From a virus (lineage: Duplodnaviria; Caudoviricetes), in IMG/VR virus record IMGVR_UViG_3300032304_002452, positions 1 through 56,865 of that record: DNA of 56,865 nucleotides; one strand, written 5' to 3'. Each line of letters opens with the position of its first letter. Within the stretch, counting starts at the first letter, position 1. The position numbers and the translations under genes were made by a program. The notes under the pieces were generated by a model. It did not search any database. It saw only the letters and a list, made by a program, of their open reading frames with translations, and had not been told where the DNA came from. Shown here piece by piece: positions 55,627-56,865 of this stretch.

Positions 55627-55869
55627 GAATTTGTTTACCATGCTATTCATATTGTTCATGTAGGAACTTGGATTAAAGTTTGGTTGTGAACCTTGTTGTT
55701 GTTCCTCTTGCTTCTTTCTTTGCTTTTCTTCTTCGTCACTTAATTCATTGACGATTGAAATGTTTTCTTCTAACATCCAGAAAGGCCAATTATCAATCGC
55801 TTCTTCTTGAACGTGATAATGTTTTTGAAGTAAGAGTTTATTTTTTAATAAAGGTCTCAAAGGCATCAT
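55621..55869 (-). CDS. Small baseplate/tail assembly chaperone-like protein
   Basis: HYH..IDNWPFW pattern typical of the small gene after gp26-like hubs; overlaps the upstream gene. Confidence 0.5.
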   Translation of the reverse strand: MMPLRPLLKNKLLLQKHYHVQEEAIDNWPFWMLEENISIVNELSDEEEKQRKKQEEQQQGSQPNFNPSSYMNNMNSMVNKFK

Positions 55870-56782
55870 GAACAACGAAAATACCTGACGCTCCGTTGGG
55901 AAATGTCATATCAGTGCGGACCTCCACTCCGCAAGCAGTACAGTTGTTAGCCAATTCTTTTACACCAAACGTCATTTTTCCAACAGCAGCATTCAAGAAT
56001 TGGAAAGAAATATCATCTAAATCTTCGAATTCTTTTAATTTAACTTTAACTCCTTCATAAGTGATAGCAGTTCTACCATTTAACATAAAAGGAATGATTT
56101 TTAAGAATGCTAAGTTTGGTGGCCTTTTTTCATTATTTTCTTTGATGATATAATCAGCAAAAGATTTTTGTAAACCGATATTTGGTGGAGTTAATTCAAA
56201 CTCTTTACTATTTACGGTTGTGAAAGAGAATGAGCTTTTGCCTTTATCATAAAATCTATCAAGTTTCTCATCGATTTCATGAAATCTAAAGTTCTTACGA
56301 ACCAATTCGATTGAGTTGTCAGCACCGCAAGTACACTTTACATTTACCGCTAAAGCGTTTCCTTGTTGAAAGGTCAATTCACGAATAAGGAAAATTAGAT
56401 ATAGTCTGTCTTGATCTTTGATATCCAAATAAGTACCCATTTTGCCATCCGAGTATTTAACACGAACACAAGCTTGTAACATATCATTCATTTTTTCAAT
56501 GATATCATAAAAATTATTATCATCGACCATTGAATATGATTGAATTTCTTTTACTTGTGCAGCTCTTACAAGAAAAGTAGTACCTTGTGGATAAAATTTA
56601 CCACATGGTAGTTCTTTAATATCGAATGATAAAAATTGTAAATCGGTTACACGATTTGTATTAGGTTGTGTTTGGGTTACAAAGTCAAACATACTTTGAT
56701 TTGGATTTACTTTCTCATTTCCACCTTCTAAATCTTTTATGTGTTTTTTGAGATAGTCCTCTTCTGATAAATTATCTGCCAT
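55838..56782 (-). CDS. Baseplate hub assembly protein (T4 gp26-like)
   Basis: LPCGKFY, VRA..VKE, DRLYLIFLIR, CTCG and C-terminal CTACG. Confidence 0.65.
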   Translation of the reverse strand: MADNLSEEDYLKKHIKDLEGGNEKVNPNQSMFDFVTQTQPNTNRVTDLQFLSFDIKELPCGKFYPQGTTFLVRAAQVKEIQSYSMVDDNNFYDIIEKMNDMLQACVRVKYSDGKMGTYLDIKDQDRLYLIFLIRELTFQQGNALAVNVKCTCGADNSIELVRKNFRFHEIDEKLDRFYDKGKSSFSFTTVNSKEFELTPPNIGLQKSFADYIIKENNEKRPPNLAFLKIIPFMLNGRTAITYEGVKVKLKEFEDLDDISFQFLNAAVGKMTFGVKELANNCTACGVEVRTDMTFPNGASGIFVVHDAFETFIKK

Positions 56783-56865
56783 ATTAATTGTTATTTTTTA
56801 TAGTTTATATATAGTTATATCTTTTTTTCCTTGTATGGTTGAATAATAGAGAGTATGTCATCTAT

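Noticed and set aside
1-56865. Alternative genetic code (TAG/TGA recoding as in some jumbo phages)
   Set aside because: Conserved genes are full-length in code 11, and TAG/TGA end genes at sensible places (e.g. sheath TAG before its terminator).
1-56865. tRNA, rRNA or CRISPR arrays
   Set aside because: Intergenic gaps are short and AT-rich; no cloverleaf or repeat-spacer pattern seen by eye (tRNAscan not run).

Overview
AT-rich segment of a large T4-like contractile-tailed (jumbo-type) phage. It reads in the standard bacterial code. The host is probably a Bacteroidetes bacterium: TAnnTTTG promoter boxes, no Shine-Dalgarno motifs, Bacteroidetes-style GluRS/ClpS and a lipoprotein with D(S/T)x glycosylation motifs. 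Structural and packaging genes include a tail sheath, a gp26-like baseplate hub, a tape-measure-like protein with an S74 chaperone domain, and a terminase large subunit split by a naturally split intein and a free-standing endonuclease. Other genes include UvsX/UvsY-like proteins, five endonuclease-type ORFs, NAMPT plus NadM-Nudix (NAD salvage), PPK2, ClpS, a Tad2/DUF2829-like protein and a glutamyl-tRNA synthetase. The most striking observation is that this GluRS has only 7 Glu against about 55 Asp in 488 aa (hand count). That is consistent with an enzyme adapted to be translated when charged tRNA-Glu is scarce. About 20 unrelated proteins share an N-terminal MK(H/Y)LKxF(N/E)E-type tag (probable capsid-targeting/protease site), and four share a C-terminal RxxK(I/L)xx(I/L)(L/I) tag. 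A metallophosphoesterase gene is split by an ~980 bp foreign phage fragment. All family assignments come from motif recognition by eye; no searches were run.
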